The notes below the pieces were generated by a model that saw only the letters and a program-made list of their open reading frames with translations, was not told the origin of the DNA and searched no databases. This document shows, piece by piece, positions 1 to 8,206 of a stretch of DNA of 23,015 nucleotides; the first letter of the stretch is position 1; every line of letters begins with the position of its first letter. The stretch is from Myxococcota bacterium (GTDB lineage: Bacteria; Myxococcota_A; UBA796; UBA2385). The stretch covers positions 1-23,015 of the forward strand of contig JBIJDH010000050.1 in NCBI GenBank assembly GCA_044344255.1. Reading direction: 5' to 3'. The translations under genes and the position numbers were made by a program.

Positions 1-642
1 GCCCGCGGGACGCTCGACCGCACCGTGATCCTGCTCGTGGCGGACCACGGGGAGTCCCTCTACGACCACGAAGAGCTCCTCCACGGCGACGCCTATTGGG
101 ACTCCGTGATCAACGTGCCCCTGCTGATGCGGGTGCCCGGCCTCCCCGGTGACCCCGACGGCATCGGCTCGCTCGTCTCTCACACCGACGTGCTCCCCAC
201 CCTGCTCGAGCTCGTGGGCGCCCTGCCGCCCGCGGGCATCGACGGCGCCTCGATGCTCCCCCTCCTGCGCGGACAGGTCGACCGCATCCGCGACATCGCC
301 CTGTCGGAGGGCGGCGTGGCGCGCGACTGGGGCGGCGGGCCCAAGGGGGCGGTCATCGCGCTGCCCTGGACCCTGCTCCGCCAGCAGCGCGGCTGCGGGG
401 CGGGCCAGGACGGGCCGCGCCAGGCGGGGGGGCCCGCCACCTGCCTCTACGACCTCCGCCAGGACCCGCTGCAGGAGCACAACGTCGCACGGGAGCACCC
501 CACGGTGGTGACCGACCTCCTCGGCCGCTGGGAGGCCTTCCGGGCCGCCCGGGGCACGGAGGGCCGCTCGCTCGCGCTCGACCCCGCCTTCATCGAGGAG
601 CTGCACAAGAACGGCTACAACTTCGAGGCCTCCCCGCGATGA
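1..642 (+). CDS. Sulfatase-family (alkaline phosphatase superfamily) hydrolase, C-terminal part; 5' end lies outside the window
   Basis: Frame is open from base 1 (ARGTLDRTVILLVADHGE...). Typical sulfatase C-terminal motifs: ADHGE, HG...VPLL, DVLPTLLEL, IDGASMLP, LYDLRQDPLQEHN, and an LRALGY-like tail (LHKNGY). Stop overlaps the next ATG (ATGA 639-642). Confidence 0.88.
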   Translation, partial: ARGTLDRTVILLVADHGESLYDHEELLHGDAYWDSVINVPLLMRVPGLPGDPDGIGSLVSHTDVLPTLLELVGALPPAGIDGASMLPLLRGQVDRIRDIALSEGGVARDWGGGPKGAVIALPWTLLRQQRGCGAGQDGPRQAGGPATCLYDLRQDPLQEHNVAREHPTVVTDLLGRWEAFRAARGTEGRSLALDPAFIEELHKNGYNFEASPR

Positions 643-2813
643 GGCGGGGCCGCCCAGACGCCCGCAAGGCGCTGCTCGACGGGCTCTTCGCCAGCCTGCT
701 GGGGCTCGCCCTCGGCATCATGGGCGGGACGCTGCTCGCCGAGCGCCGAGGTGGCGCCTTCGCCACCCCCGAGGGCCTCGACCGCTCCACGTGGAACATC
801 GTCTCTCCGGGCCTCGACCAGAAGGTCGCCGACCCCGAGGTCGGCCGTGGAACACATGTGATCGGGGGGGCCCTGGTCATCCGCGAGCACGCCTTCTTCC
901 GCGCCGACGTGCTCGTCCCGGCCGATCCCCGGGCGGTCGGGCGGCTGGTGATCGCGCTCGCGCCGGGGAGCGGCGACGTGCGCGTCGTGCTCCGCGGCTC
1001 TGGCGCCGAGCGCCCCACCTTTGTGCGCATCTGCGACGGCGGCTGGTCGATGGGGCCGACGGGACAGGCCTGCACCCCGAGCGGCGCCGGCCCGATCGAG
1101 CTCCAGATCGGCGAGGGTCGCGGCCTGCTGGTCTCCGAGGCGGGGAGCACGCCGATCGGCATGATCACGCCCGGCCCCGTGGAGCTCACCACGGAGGGCG
1201 GCGAGGCCCGAATCACGCGCCTCGCCCTCTACGACACCGCCGGCGAGCCCATCACCGAGCAGGACTTCGCTGCGGCGGGGCCCGGGCGCGGCGTGCTCTG
1301 GGCCGGGGCCACGCTCGGCGGCCTGCTCGGCGCGGCCCTCGGCTGGGCCCTCTCCCGCGCCCGCGGCGCAGCGGACGCCCTCGCGGTGCTGTCCTGGCTG
1401 GCGCCGCCGCTGCTCGTCATCGCCCCCGACGGGGCGGACTGGCTGCAGCTCACCGAGCGCCTCTACTTCGTCGAGGTAGCGGCCTGGACGCTCGCCCGCG
1501 GCGCGCTCGCCCTCTCCCTGCTGCCGCTCCTATCGATGATCTTGCTGCGCTCGGGGCTGCTGCGCCCGCGGGCCGGGGGCGGCGTCGGGCGGGTGGAGCT
1601 CGCGGGGTGGCTCGCCCTCTCGGCGGCGACGACGGCGCTCGGCCTGCGCGGGCTTGAGGCGCCCCACGTGTGGATGGGCATCTTCGGCCTCGTCTTCCTG
1701 CTGAGCCCCCTCCGCCTGCTCCGCTCTGCCGGCGCCGACGCCCGGCTCGCCCTCCTCCAGGATCTGCCCGCTCACGGGCTGATCGTCGGGCTGGGCTGGG
1801 GCCTCGGGCTCCTGCCGGCGGCCCTGTACCGCGGCCTGTGCCTCCTGGCCGGAGCCCGCAGCTTCGCCGAGCGCGGGGCCGGGCCGGCCACCGATCAGCT
1901 CGCCCTGATGGGCCTGCTCAGCATCATCGGCCTCGAGGTGGGGGCCCGGTCCACCTTCCTCGACCGCGCCTGGGACAGCGCACGCCTCTCGGGCGACCTC
2001 GCCCCCACCGTCGCCTGGCGCGACCCCGAGCCCTTCTGGCGCGACGCCTGTGGGGTCACCGAAGGGGCGGACGGCGTGATCTACGTGGGCGGCTCCTCAA
2101 CCGGCGGGGCGTATCAGTTCGTCGGAGAGCCAGACGCCTTCTTCCCGGCGCTGGTCCATCGCCAGCTCTGCGGCGCGCTCCCCGCGGGGATGGGCCTGCG
2201 GAGCACCAACTTCGGTGACGGCGGGCGGGACAGCTTCACCATCCGCCGCTCGCTCGACAAGCTGCTCGACCGGGCCCCGGCTCGGCTCATCGTCGCCTAC
2301 ATCGGCGTCAACGACCTGCTCGGCAGCAACAACACCCGCACCCGCAAGGAGCGCGAGGCCGACCTCGACCGTCGCAGCGAGGCGGCGAGCCACCTCGCCG
2401 GCTGGGGAGCCCGCTCGCGGATCATCACCGGCGTGGGGCTGCTGCTGCACCCCCCTCAAGACCTCGACCGCCCGCCGGTGGCCGACGTCCCCTTGCCGGA
2501 CGCCGAGGAGAACCTCCGCCTCATCGCCGCCGAGGCCGCGCGCCGGGGGGCGCGGCTGCTGCTGCTCACCGAGCTCGTCTCCGGGGAGCTCACGAGCCAG
2601 CTCGCGCCCTACGCCGCCCTCGAGGCCCGCATCGCCGCCGAGCTCGACGGGGTCGAGTACTTCGATCTCCTCGGCGCCATCGGGGATGTGCCGGACAGCG
2701 AGCTGCTGGTCGACCGCAACCACCTGAGCCGAGCCGGCTCCGCCCGCGTGGCGGCGGCCCTCGCCCCCGTCGTCGTCGCCGAGCTCTCGCGGCCGGTCGT
2801 GGGGGCGCCCTGA
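639..2813 (+). CDS. Multi-pass membrane protein with C-terminal SGNH/GDSL hydrolase domain (724 aa)
   Basis: N-terminal hydrophobic helix, soluble beta-rich region, several hydrophobic segments, then SGNH blocks I (YVGGSSTGG), II (NFGDGG), III (YIGVND) and V (VDRNH). Coupled to the sulfatase by an ATGA overlap. Confidence 0.8.
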   Translation: MRRGRPDARKALLDGLFASLLGLALGIMGGTLLAERRGGAFATPEGLDRSTWNIVSPGLDQKVADPEVGRGTHVIGGALVIREHAFFRADVLVPADPRAVGRLVIALAPGSGDVRVVLRGSGAERPTFVRICDGGWSMGPTGQACTPSGAGPIELQIGEGRGLLVSEAGSTPIGMITPGPVELTTEGGEARITRLALYDTAGEPITEQDFAAAGPGRGVLWAGATLGGLLGAALGWALSRARGAADALAVLSWLAPPLLVIAPDGADWLQLTERLYFVEVAAWTLARGALALSLLPLLSMILLRSGLLRPRAGGGVGRVELAGWLALSAATTALGLRGLEAPHVWMGIFGLVFLLSPLRLLRSAGADARLALLQDLPAHGLIVGLGWGLGLLPAALYRGLCLLAGARSFAERGAGPATDQLALMGLLSIIGLEVGARSTFLDRAWDSARLSGDLAPTVAWRDPEPFWRDACGVTEGADGVIYVGGSSTGGAYQFVGEPDAFFPALVHRQLCGALPAGMGLRSTNFGDGGRDSFTIRRSLDKLLDRAPARLIVAYIGVNDLLGSNNTRTRKEREADLDRRSEAASHLAGWGARSRIITGVGLLLHPPQDLDRPPVADVPLPDAEENLRLIAAEAARRGARLLLLTELVSGELTSQLAPYAALEARIAAELDGVEYFDLLGAIGDVPDSELLVDRNHLSRAGSARVAAALAPVVVAELSRPVVGAP

Positions 2814-3862
2814 GACCCCGCCGACCGCTCCCTGCCTCGCCGGCCGGCCGTGGCGGCCCCGCTCGACGGCGCCCCTGGCTCGGCCTCGGCTTCGGGCTCC
2901 TGCTCGTACTGGGCATGGAGGGGGCCGCGCGGCTCGCCGGCTTCGACGTGGCCTATCAGCCCGACCTCCTCGGCGGCTGGCACATGCTCCCCAAGGCCGA
3001 CAAGCAGCTCGTGGAGGGCAGCCGCGAGCCGCACCGCTTCGTGATGAGCACGAACGAGGACGGCCTCCGCACCACCCTCACCCGCTCCCGCAGCTCCGGG
3101 AAGCGGCGGGTGGCCGTGCTCGGCGACTCCACCACCTTCGGCTGGGGGGTCAACGACGACGAGACGGTGGCCGAGGGCCTCGCCCAGGGCCTCGCCGCCG
3201 CCGGACAGGCCGACGTCGAGGTGCTCAACGCCGGGCAACCCGGCTACACCACCACCCAGATCGCCCGCTTCTACGAGCAGGTGGTCTCGGCCTACAAGCC
3301 CGACCTCACCGTGGTCTTCCTCCCGATGCACGACCACAACCTCGTGCTCGTCTCCGATCGGGAGCACCTCTCGGGCGCCGCTGGGCCCCTCGCCCAGGCC
3401 CGCGTCACGCTCGCCACACGCTCTTCCCTCTACGAGGTGCTGCGGCGCGGCCTCTTCGCGATGTCGGACAAGGCCTTCCTCGTGCCCGGCAGAGAGTCCA
3501 CGCTGGAGCCGCGGGTGCCGCGGGTCTCCGATCGGGAGCGAGCGGAGAACCTCGAGGGCATGCGCGCCCAGATGGGCGCCTGGGGCGGGAGGCTCGCCAT
3601 CGGCCACCTGCCCTTCATCTCCGACCTCTCGGCCGACCACCCCGAAGACCGCCCCGGCCTCGCCTGGGCCACCGCCTGGGCCGCCGAGACCGGGACGCCC
3701 GTGCTCGACACCCGCGCCTGCTGCCCCGGCGCCGGGGACACGCTCGTCTTCTCCTTCGATCCTGGGCACCTCAACGCCGAGGGAAACCTCCGGGCCGGCC
3801 GCTACGGCGCCAAGGCGCTGGCGGAGCTGCTCCCGCCCTCCCCCGCCAGCGGCAGCCGATAG
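2810..3862 (+). CDS. Membrane-anchored SGNH/GDSL hydrolase or acyltransferase (probable CTG start at 2810; first ATG at 2915)
   Basis: Motifs VLGDSTTFG, NAGQPGY, PMHD (block III variant), FDPGH. The frame upstream of ATG 2915 encodes RRRPWLGLGFGLLLVLGMEGAARL, a basic-plus-hydrophobic anchor. CTG 2810-2812 overlaps the upstream TGA (CTGA). Confidence 0.85.
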   Translation: MRPRRPLPASPAGRGGPARRRPWLGLGFGLLLVLGMEGAARLAGFDVAYQPDLLGGWHMLPKADKQLVEGSREPHRFVMSTNEDGLRTTLTRSRSSGKRRVAVLGDSTTFGWGVNDDETVAEGLAQGLAAAGQADVEVLNAGQPGYTTTQIARFYEQVVSAYKPDLTVVFLPMHDHNLVLVSDREHLSGAAGPLAQARVTLATRSSLYEVLRRGLFAMSDKAFLVPGRESTLEPRVPRVSDRERAENLEGMRAQMGAWGGRLAIGHLPFISDLSADHPEDRPGLAWATAWAAETGTPVLDTRACCPGAGDTLVFSFDPGHLNAEGNLRAGRYGAKALAELLPPSPASGSR

Positions 3863-5670
3863 ACCCGCAGCTCGGCGTCGTCGTAGACCGCGGTGGCGGT
3901 GCGATCGAGGAACATCGACACCTTCACCCGCTGGGTCGCCGGATATTCGGCCTTGTGGACCACGATCCAGCGCAGCCCGGCGTCGACGAGCGCCCGGCGA
4001 CCGAGCTCGAGGTCGAGCGCCGGATACCGCGCGGGCAGGATGGACACGGTGCTCCGTTCGAGCTCGAGCAGGTAGTGGCTGTATCGATTCCGATAGAGCA
4101 GCGGCGGAGTGGGATCGTTCAGGCCATAGGGGATGGGCTGCTGGTGCACCATCTGGTAGATCCCCACCTTCGAACGGGCGAGGACGGGGATCCCCACCGG
4201 CAGGTCGAGGACCGCGCCCCCATCGAGCTGCTGATAGACCGGCGGCACCTCCACCGAGACGACGGGCAGCGGGAAGACCGCGGGCGAGCCATAGAGCGCC
4301 TCGAGCACCCGCGCGAGGCCGAGGCCGAGGGCCAGCCTGCCCGACGGCCAGCCGCGGTGGCGGGCCGCCTTGATGAAGAGCGCGAGCATCACGCAGAGGG
4401 CGAGCGTGACCGGCACCACCGCACGGTAGGGGTGCGAGAGGCGGGTGAAGACCGGCACCCACTCGAAGAGCGCCAGGAACGGAAGCGGGACCCAGCCGCC
4501 GAGCACGGTGACATAGTCCCCACCGACATAGAGATAGGGGCCGAGCATCAGCACGGTGAAGGCCGCGGCCATCAAGCCCCAGCTCCGCGCCGCCCCACGA
4601 TTGGACAGGGCCAGGGCGGCGAGGGCCGGCCAGAGCAGGGCGTGCCCGAGATAGACCACGACGATGAGGTGCTCGCCGAAGACCTCGAGCAGATCGGGCG
4701 AGTAGTGGCGCCCCGGCCGGAGGAGCGAGACCACGTCGGTCATGTTGTGGAGCACGAGCGTGGTCCAGACAAAGGCGGGGTCCCGGCTGACGAGGGCATC
4801 GGAGGCCGACATCGAGCGGCTGAACAAGAGGAGGGGACCGCCCACGACGAGCGCCAGCCCGACCGCGCTCGCCACGAGGGTGCCGGAGAGGCGCCCCCAG
4901 GGGACCGGCTCCGACACCACCGCGAACCCGAGGCGCCCGCGCAGGCGGAGCAGCTGGCGGGTGAGCAGCCCGACCCCGCACAGCGCGCCGAAGAGGCCGT
5001 AGTACCAGTTGGCGACGAAGCAGAGCCCGAGCACCAGGCCGGCGAGGCCGCCGCGGAGGGCGCTCGGCCGGTGGTCGGCCTCGCGGAGGGCGAGGAGGGC
5101 CAGCGGCAGCCACCCGGCGGCGAGGGTCTCGGAGATGCCGTTGTAGGCCTGCCCGAGCAGGTGCGGCGTGGTGAGGAAGGCCACGCCGGCCAGCAGGGCC
5201 CCCGTGCGCAGCCCGGAGACCCGATAGGCGAGGGCATAGGCCCCGAGGCCGGCCAGGGAGAGGTTGCCGAGGGTGGCGACGTTGTACGCGGCGACCGGGC
5301 CATAGAGCCACTGGACCGGCAAGGTGAGGACCGCCCCCAGCGCGTCGATGAACCAGAGGCTCCCCCCGGTGGGCCAGGAGAGGAGGCCCGTATGAACGGG
5401 GAGCTCCCCCAGGGACAGGCAGCGCGCGACCCACCAGTAGCCCCAGACGTGGTTCCAGACGTCGTTCTCGCCGTGTCCGATCGCGAGGCGGGTGGGGTCG
5501 GAGAGGACCGGCGCCCCGATCCAGAGGGTGAGCCCGAAGAGGACCAGCGCCGCGCCGGCGTGCTGCAGCCCGGGCCATCGCCCGGCGAGGGCCGGAGGTG
5601 CGGGGGGCCCCGAGGCCGTGGGGGCGATGGGGGCGGAGGGGGCGGTGCGGGAGGCGGGAGGCGAGGACAG
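3802..5670 (-). CDS. Multi-pass membrane protein, GT-C-fold/YfhO-like putative glycosyltransferase (~622 aa; probable CTG start)
   Basis: C-terminal part of ORF 3802..6711(-). First TM helix followed by GENDVWNHVWGYWW (acidic first loop), WPTGGSL, about 10 or more hydrophobic segments, then a soluble domain with GAVLDLP...YQMVHQQPIPYG. GGAG lies 7 nt before the in-frame CTG at 5670. The ORF extension to 6711 is antisense to the + strand lipoprotein gene. Confidence 0.75.
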   Translation of the reverse strand: MSSPPASRTAPSAPIAPTASGPPAPPALAGRWPGLQHAGAALVLFGLTLWIGAPVLSDPTRLAIGHGENDVWNHVWGYWWVARCLSLGELPVHTGLLSWPTGGSLWFIDALGAVLTLPVQWLYGPVAAYNVATLGNLSLAGLGAYALAYRVSGLRTGALLAGVAFLTTPHLLGQAYNGISETLAAGWLPLALLALREADHRPSALRGGLAGLVLGLCFVANWYYGLFGALCGVGLLTRQLLRLRGRLGFAVVSEPVPWGRLSGTLVASAVGLALVVGGPLLLFSRSMSASDALVSRDPAFVWTTLVLHNMTDVVSLLRPGRHYSPDLLEVFGEHLIVVVYLGHALLWPALAALALSNRGAARSWGLMAAAFTVLMLGPYLYVGGDYVTVLGGWVPLPFLALFEWVPVFTRLSHPYRAVVPVTLALCVMLALFIKAARHRGWPSGRLALGLGLARVLEALYGSPAVFPLPVVSVEVPPVYQQLDGGAVLDLPVGIPVLARSKVGIYQMVHQQPIPYGLNDPTPPLLYRNRYSHYLLELERSTVSILPARYPALDLELGRRALVDAGLRWIVVHKAEYPATQRVKVSMFLDRTATAVYDDAELRVYRLPLAGEGGSSSASALAP

Positions 5671-5690
5671 GGAGGGGCTCCAGGGTCGCG

Positions 5691-5710
5691 GGCCATGGTA
5701 CCGTACGGCG
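5691..5710. promoter_or_regulatory. Candidate overlapping divergent -10 elements
   Basis: CCATGGTACCGTACGG lies between the divergent genes. It reads TACCAT on the - strand (5699-5694) and TACCGT on the + strand (5699-5704); both fit TAnnnT. Confidence 0.3.
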
Positions 5711-5793
5711 GTGGCAGGGCCGAGGGTCCCGCCGTCGGTGACGCCCTGCTCCGCGCTTCTTCCGCCACCCCGCCTCCGCGCTGGGCCCTCCCC

Positions 5794-6696
5794 GTGCCGC
5801 TCGCCCTGTGCCTGCTCGCCCTGTGCCTGCTCGGCGCCGCTTGTGAGGTGCACCCAGACGACATCGCCAAGCCGAACGTGGTGCCGCAGACCACGCTCGA
5901 GGCCCCGCCGCCGCCGCCGGTCGAGGGGGTGGGCGGCGAGCGCCTCTTCCAGCTCCTCTACGCAGGGGAGCACGGGGAGCCCGCCTGGGCGGCGGGGCAG
6001 CGGGCGCGCATCTTCGCCTGGCTCCGCGTGATGGACCTCTCCGCCGATCAGCTCGCCGGGCTCATCGCCCTCCAGGAGCGGGTGGCGGCGATGGGCGCGG
6101 CCGCCGAGGCCTCCGCCGCCGCCATCGGCGACGCCGAGGCCGTCGCCTACGGGGCGCTGTACGCCGAGATCAGCGCCGCCCTCGCCCGCCCCGAGACCAC
6201 CGAGGCCGAGCTCGATCTCCTGGCGGAGCGCCTCGCCCAGTCCCGCGCTCAGGTCGACTCCCTCGGGGACCCCTGGACCGCCGACCTCGAGCGCACCCGC
6301 GCCCTCCTCGACGCGGTGCAGCCTTGGCTCGCCACCCTCGATCGATCGCGCAGAGAGCGGGTCACCGCCTCCCGCTTCTTCCTCACCCGCCGCGCCGCGC
6401 CGCTCAGCAGCCCCGGCAGCTACAGCCGGCTCACCGGCATGGCCTGGGACGGCGGCGACTTCCAGGCCCTGTCCCAGTCGGGTCGCCCCGACGAGCAGGT
6501 CCACCTTGACCTCGGCGGCCTCTGGTCCATGGAGGCCCTCCGCGCCGCCCCCGGCGAGTATCTCGTACAGCGGCAGATCGAGGCCATCCTGGCGATGGCC
6601 CTGCTCGAGCCCGCCCTCCCCTCGGCGCTGCAGGCCTGGGCGGCCGCGCGGAGCCGGCCCCCGCTCAGCGGGACAGTCAGCGGGACAGCGGGATGA
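5794..6696 (+). CDS. Hypothetical lipoprotein, predicted alpha-helical (start uncertain: GTG 5794 or ATG 5695)
   Basis: C-terminal part of ORF 3955..6696(+). Hydrophobic stretch LALCLLALCLLGAA-C with a lipobox-like Cys, Pro-rich linker, then Ala/Leu/Glu-rich helical sequence with GC-rich third codon positions. Confidence 0.72.
   Translation: MPLALCLLALCLLGAACEVHPDDIAKPNVVPQTTLEAPPPPPVEGVGGERLFQLLYAGEHGEPAWAAGQRARIFAWLRVMDLSADQLAGLIALQERVAAMGAAAEASAAAIGDAEAVAYGALYAEISAALARPETTEAELDLLAERLAQSRAQVDSLGDPWTADLERTRALLDAVQPWLATLDRSRRERVTASRFFLTRRAAPLSSPGSYSRLTGMAWDGGDFQALSQSGRPDEQVHLDLGGLWSMEALRAAPGEYLVQRQIEAILAMALLEPALPSALQAWAAARSRPPLSGTVSGTAG
6665..6688. repeat. 12-bp tandem duplication TCAGCGGGACAG x2 containing the stop codon of the - strand SGNH gene
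   Basis: 6665-6676 and 6677-6688 are identical; the - strand reads CTG TCC CGC TGA twice. Confidence 0.85.
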
Positions 6697-8206
6697 CCAG
6701 CGGCGCGTCACCCGGCTTCGCCGCCGCCTGACCGCGGGCGCCGTTGGCTGAGGTCACCACCACCACCACCGCGGTGGAGGTGCCGCGGACGCGGAGCGAG
6801 AAGTCACCCGGCTCCTGGAGGATCGCGCTCGACTCCACCGAGCCGTCGGCGCGGGTGATCTCCACCCGGAAGGGGGGCGCGCCTTCGGGCACCCGCCCCT
6901 TCACCCACCAGTCGGCGTCCGGGCTCACCACGGCGACGGGGTCGGGCTCCCTCCCCGCTCGACGGGCCCGCTCGGCCTCGACCGACGCCGCGCGCTCCAC
7001 CCGCTCCTGCTCGGCCTTCTCGGCGACCTGGTGCCAGGGCTGCGCGCCGGTGACCGGGAAGAGGTTGGTCTGCGGGGAGAGCTCGTTGACGTTGGAGGCC
7101 ATGCCGTTCGGCTCGATGTCCGCGATGCCCCCGGCGACGAAGACGCCCCCCTCGGCGAGGAGGGGCCGGCTCGGCCAGCCGGCGGCGAGCAGCTGATCGG
7201 CGACCGAGCGGGCAAAGACCACGTTACCGTCGGCCGAAGGGTGCATCTCGTCCACAAAGAGCGCCTCCGCCGACTCCGCCGTCGCTGCCGCCGCGAGGTC
7301 AGGCTGGACGGAGAGCAGGGGCACGTGGTGATGGGCCGCCACGGCCCGCTGGCTGTCGAAGTAAGGCCCCCAGGCGACGTCCGCGGCGACCTCGCCTCGG
7401 GCCTGGTCGATGTTGCAGGGCTGGAGGTAGGCCACCCCGATGCCCCGGGCCGCGGCGTCTCTGCCGATCTGGTCGAGGTTCTCGGCGTAACGTTTCACCG
7501 CGACCCGCCGGATGCCGCTGGTCGACCAGGTGCTCTTCTTCGTCCAGGTCACGATGCGCGCGTCCTGACCGTCGCGGAGGCGGTCGATCGCCCCGGCGAG
7601 GAGCTGGTAGAGCGCGCTCTCCGCCAGCGGGTTCTGCAGGAAGACCTGCCGGGTGTGCAAAAGGTCGATGTCGCGGAAGTGGTCGAAGTTGTTGTCGCTC
7701 CAGAGGTTCCCGACGAGGATCAAGGTGGGCTCGAGATCCCAGCCGACCTCGTCGAGGAGGATGCGCGTCTGCTCGGTCGAGTAGCCGGGGACGCCGCCGT
7801 TGACCGTGTCGACGTCGAGGCCCCGCGCCCGCAGCTGGCTGGCGAGCTGGACCGCGATGGTCTGATCGTCGTTGACGCCGTGCCCGAAGAAGGTGCTGTC
7901 GCCCACGATCAACACCCGCTGGCGGCCGCTCGGGCGCGGGAGCTCGGGCAGCGGCGCCCGGATGCCGAGCTCGCTGATGGTGGCCCAGGCCCCTGCGTTC
8001 TGCCGGCGCCCCGGCCCCATCCCCCACAGGCGGGTGGAGTGGCCGACCATGATCACGCCGCCCGGATCGGCCCCTTGCCAGCCGGGGGTCACCGGGCCGA
8101 CCAACAGGGCCACCCCCTCGCCCACGAAGAGGAAGATGAGCACGCCGAGCAGGGCGGCCACCGGTCGGAACCACCAGGGGCTGCGGCGCGGCGGAGGCCG
8201 CCTCAT
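6677..8206 (-). CDS. Membrane-anchored SGNH/GDSL hydrolase or acyltransferase with an extra C-terminal beta-rich domain (509 aa)
   Basis: N-terminal basic-plus-TM anchor; motifs IVGDSTFFG, NGGVPGYST, NLWSD, FVDEMHPS; charged helical linker, then about 75 aa of alternating beta-strand pattern. ATGA overlap with the upstream gene at 8203-8206. Confidence 0.85.
   Translation of the reverse strand: MRRPPPRRSPWWFRPVAALLGVLIFLFVGEGVALLVGPVTPGWQGADPGGVIMVGHSTRLWGMGPGRRQNAGAWATISELGIRAPLPELPRPSGRQRVLIVGDSTFFGHGVNDDQTIAVQLASQLRARGLDVDTVNGGVPGYSTEQTRILLDEVGWDLEPTLILVGNLWSDNNFDHFRDIDLLHTRQVFLQNPLAESALYQLLAGAIDRLRDGQDARIVTWTKKSTWSTSGIRRVAVKRYAENLDQIGRDAAARGIGVAYLQPCNIDQARGEVAADVAWGPYFDSQRAVAAHHHVPLLSVQPDLAAAATAESAEALFVDEMHPSADGNVVFARSVADQLLAAGWPSRPLLAEGGVFVAGGIADIEPNGMASNVNELSPQTNLFPVTGAQPWHQVAEKAEQERVERAASVEAERARRAGREPDPVAVVSPDADWWVKGRVPEGAPPFRVEITRADGSVESSAILQEPGDFSLRVRGTSTAVVVVVTSANGARGQAAAKPGDAPLVIPLSR

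Noticed and set aside
2609..5578. 989-aa ORF on the - strand
   Set aside because: Arg/Pro/Gly-rich off-frame shadow of the GT-C-like gene and antisense to the SGNH gene; no motifs. Long spurious ORFs are expected at this GC content.
3955..5694. N-terminal ~580 aa of the 913-aa + strand ORF
   Set aside because: Antisense mirror of the GT-C-like gene; only the part from the signal peptide onward looks like a protein.
5671..6711. N-terminal extension of the 969-aa - strand ORF
   Set aside because: Antisense to the lipoprotein gene; no protein-like features before the SD+CTG.
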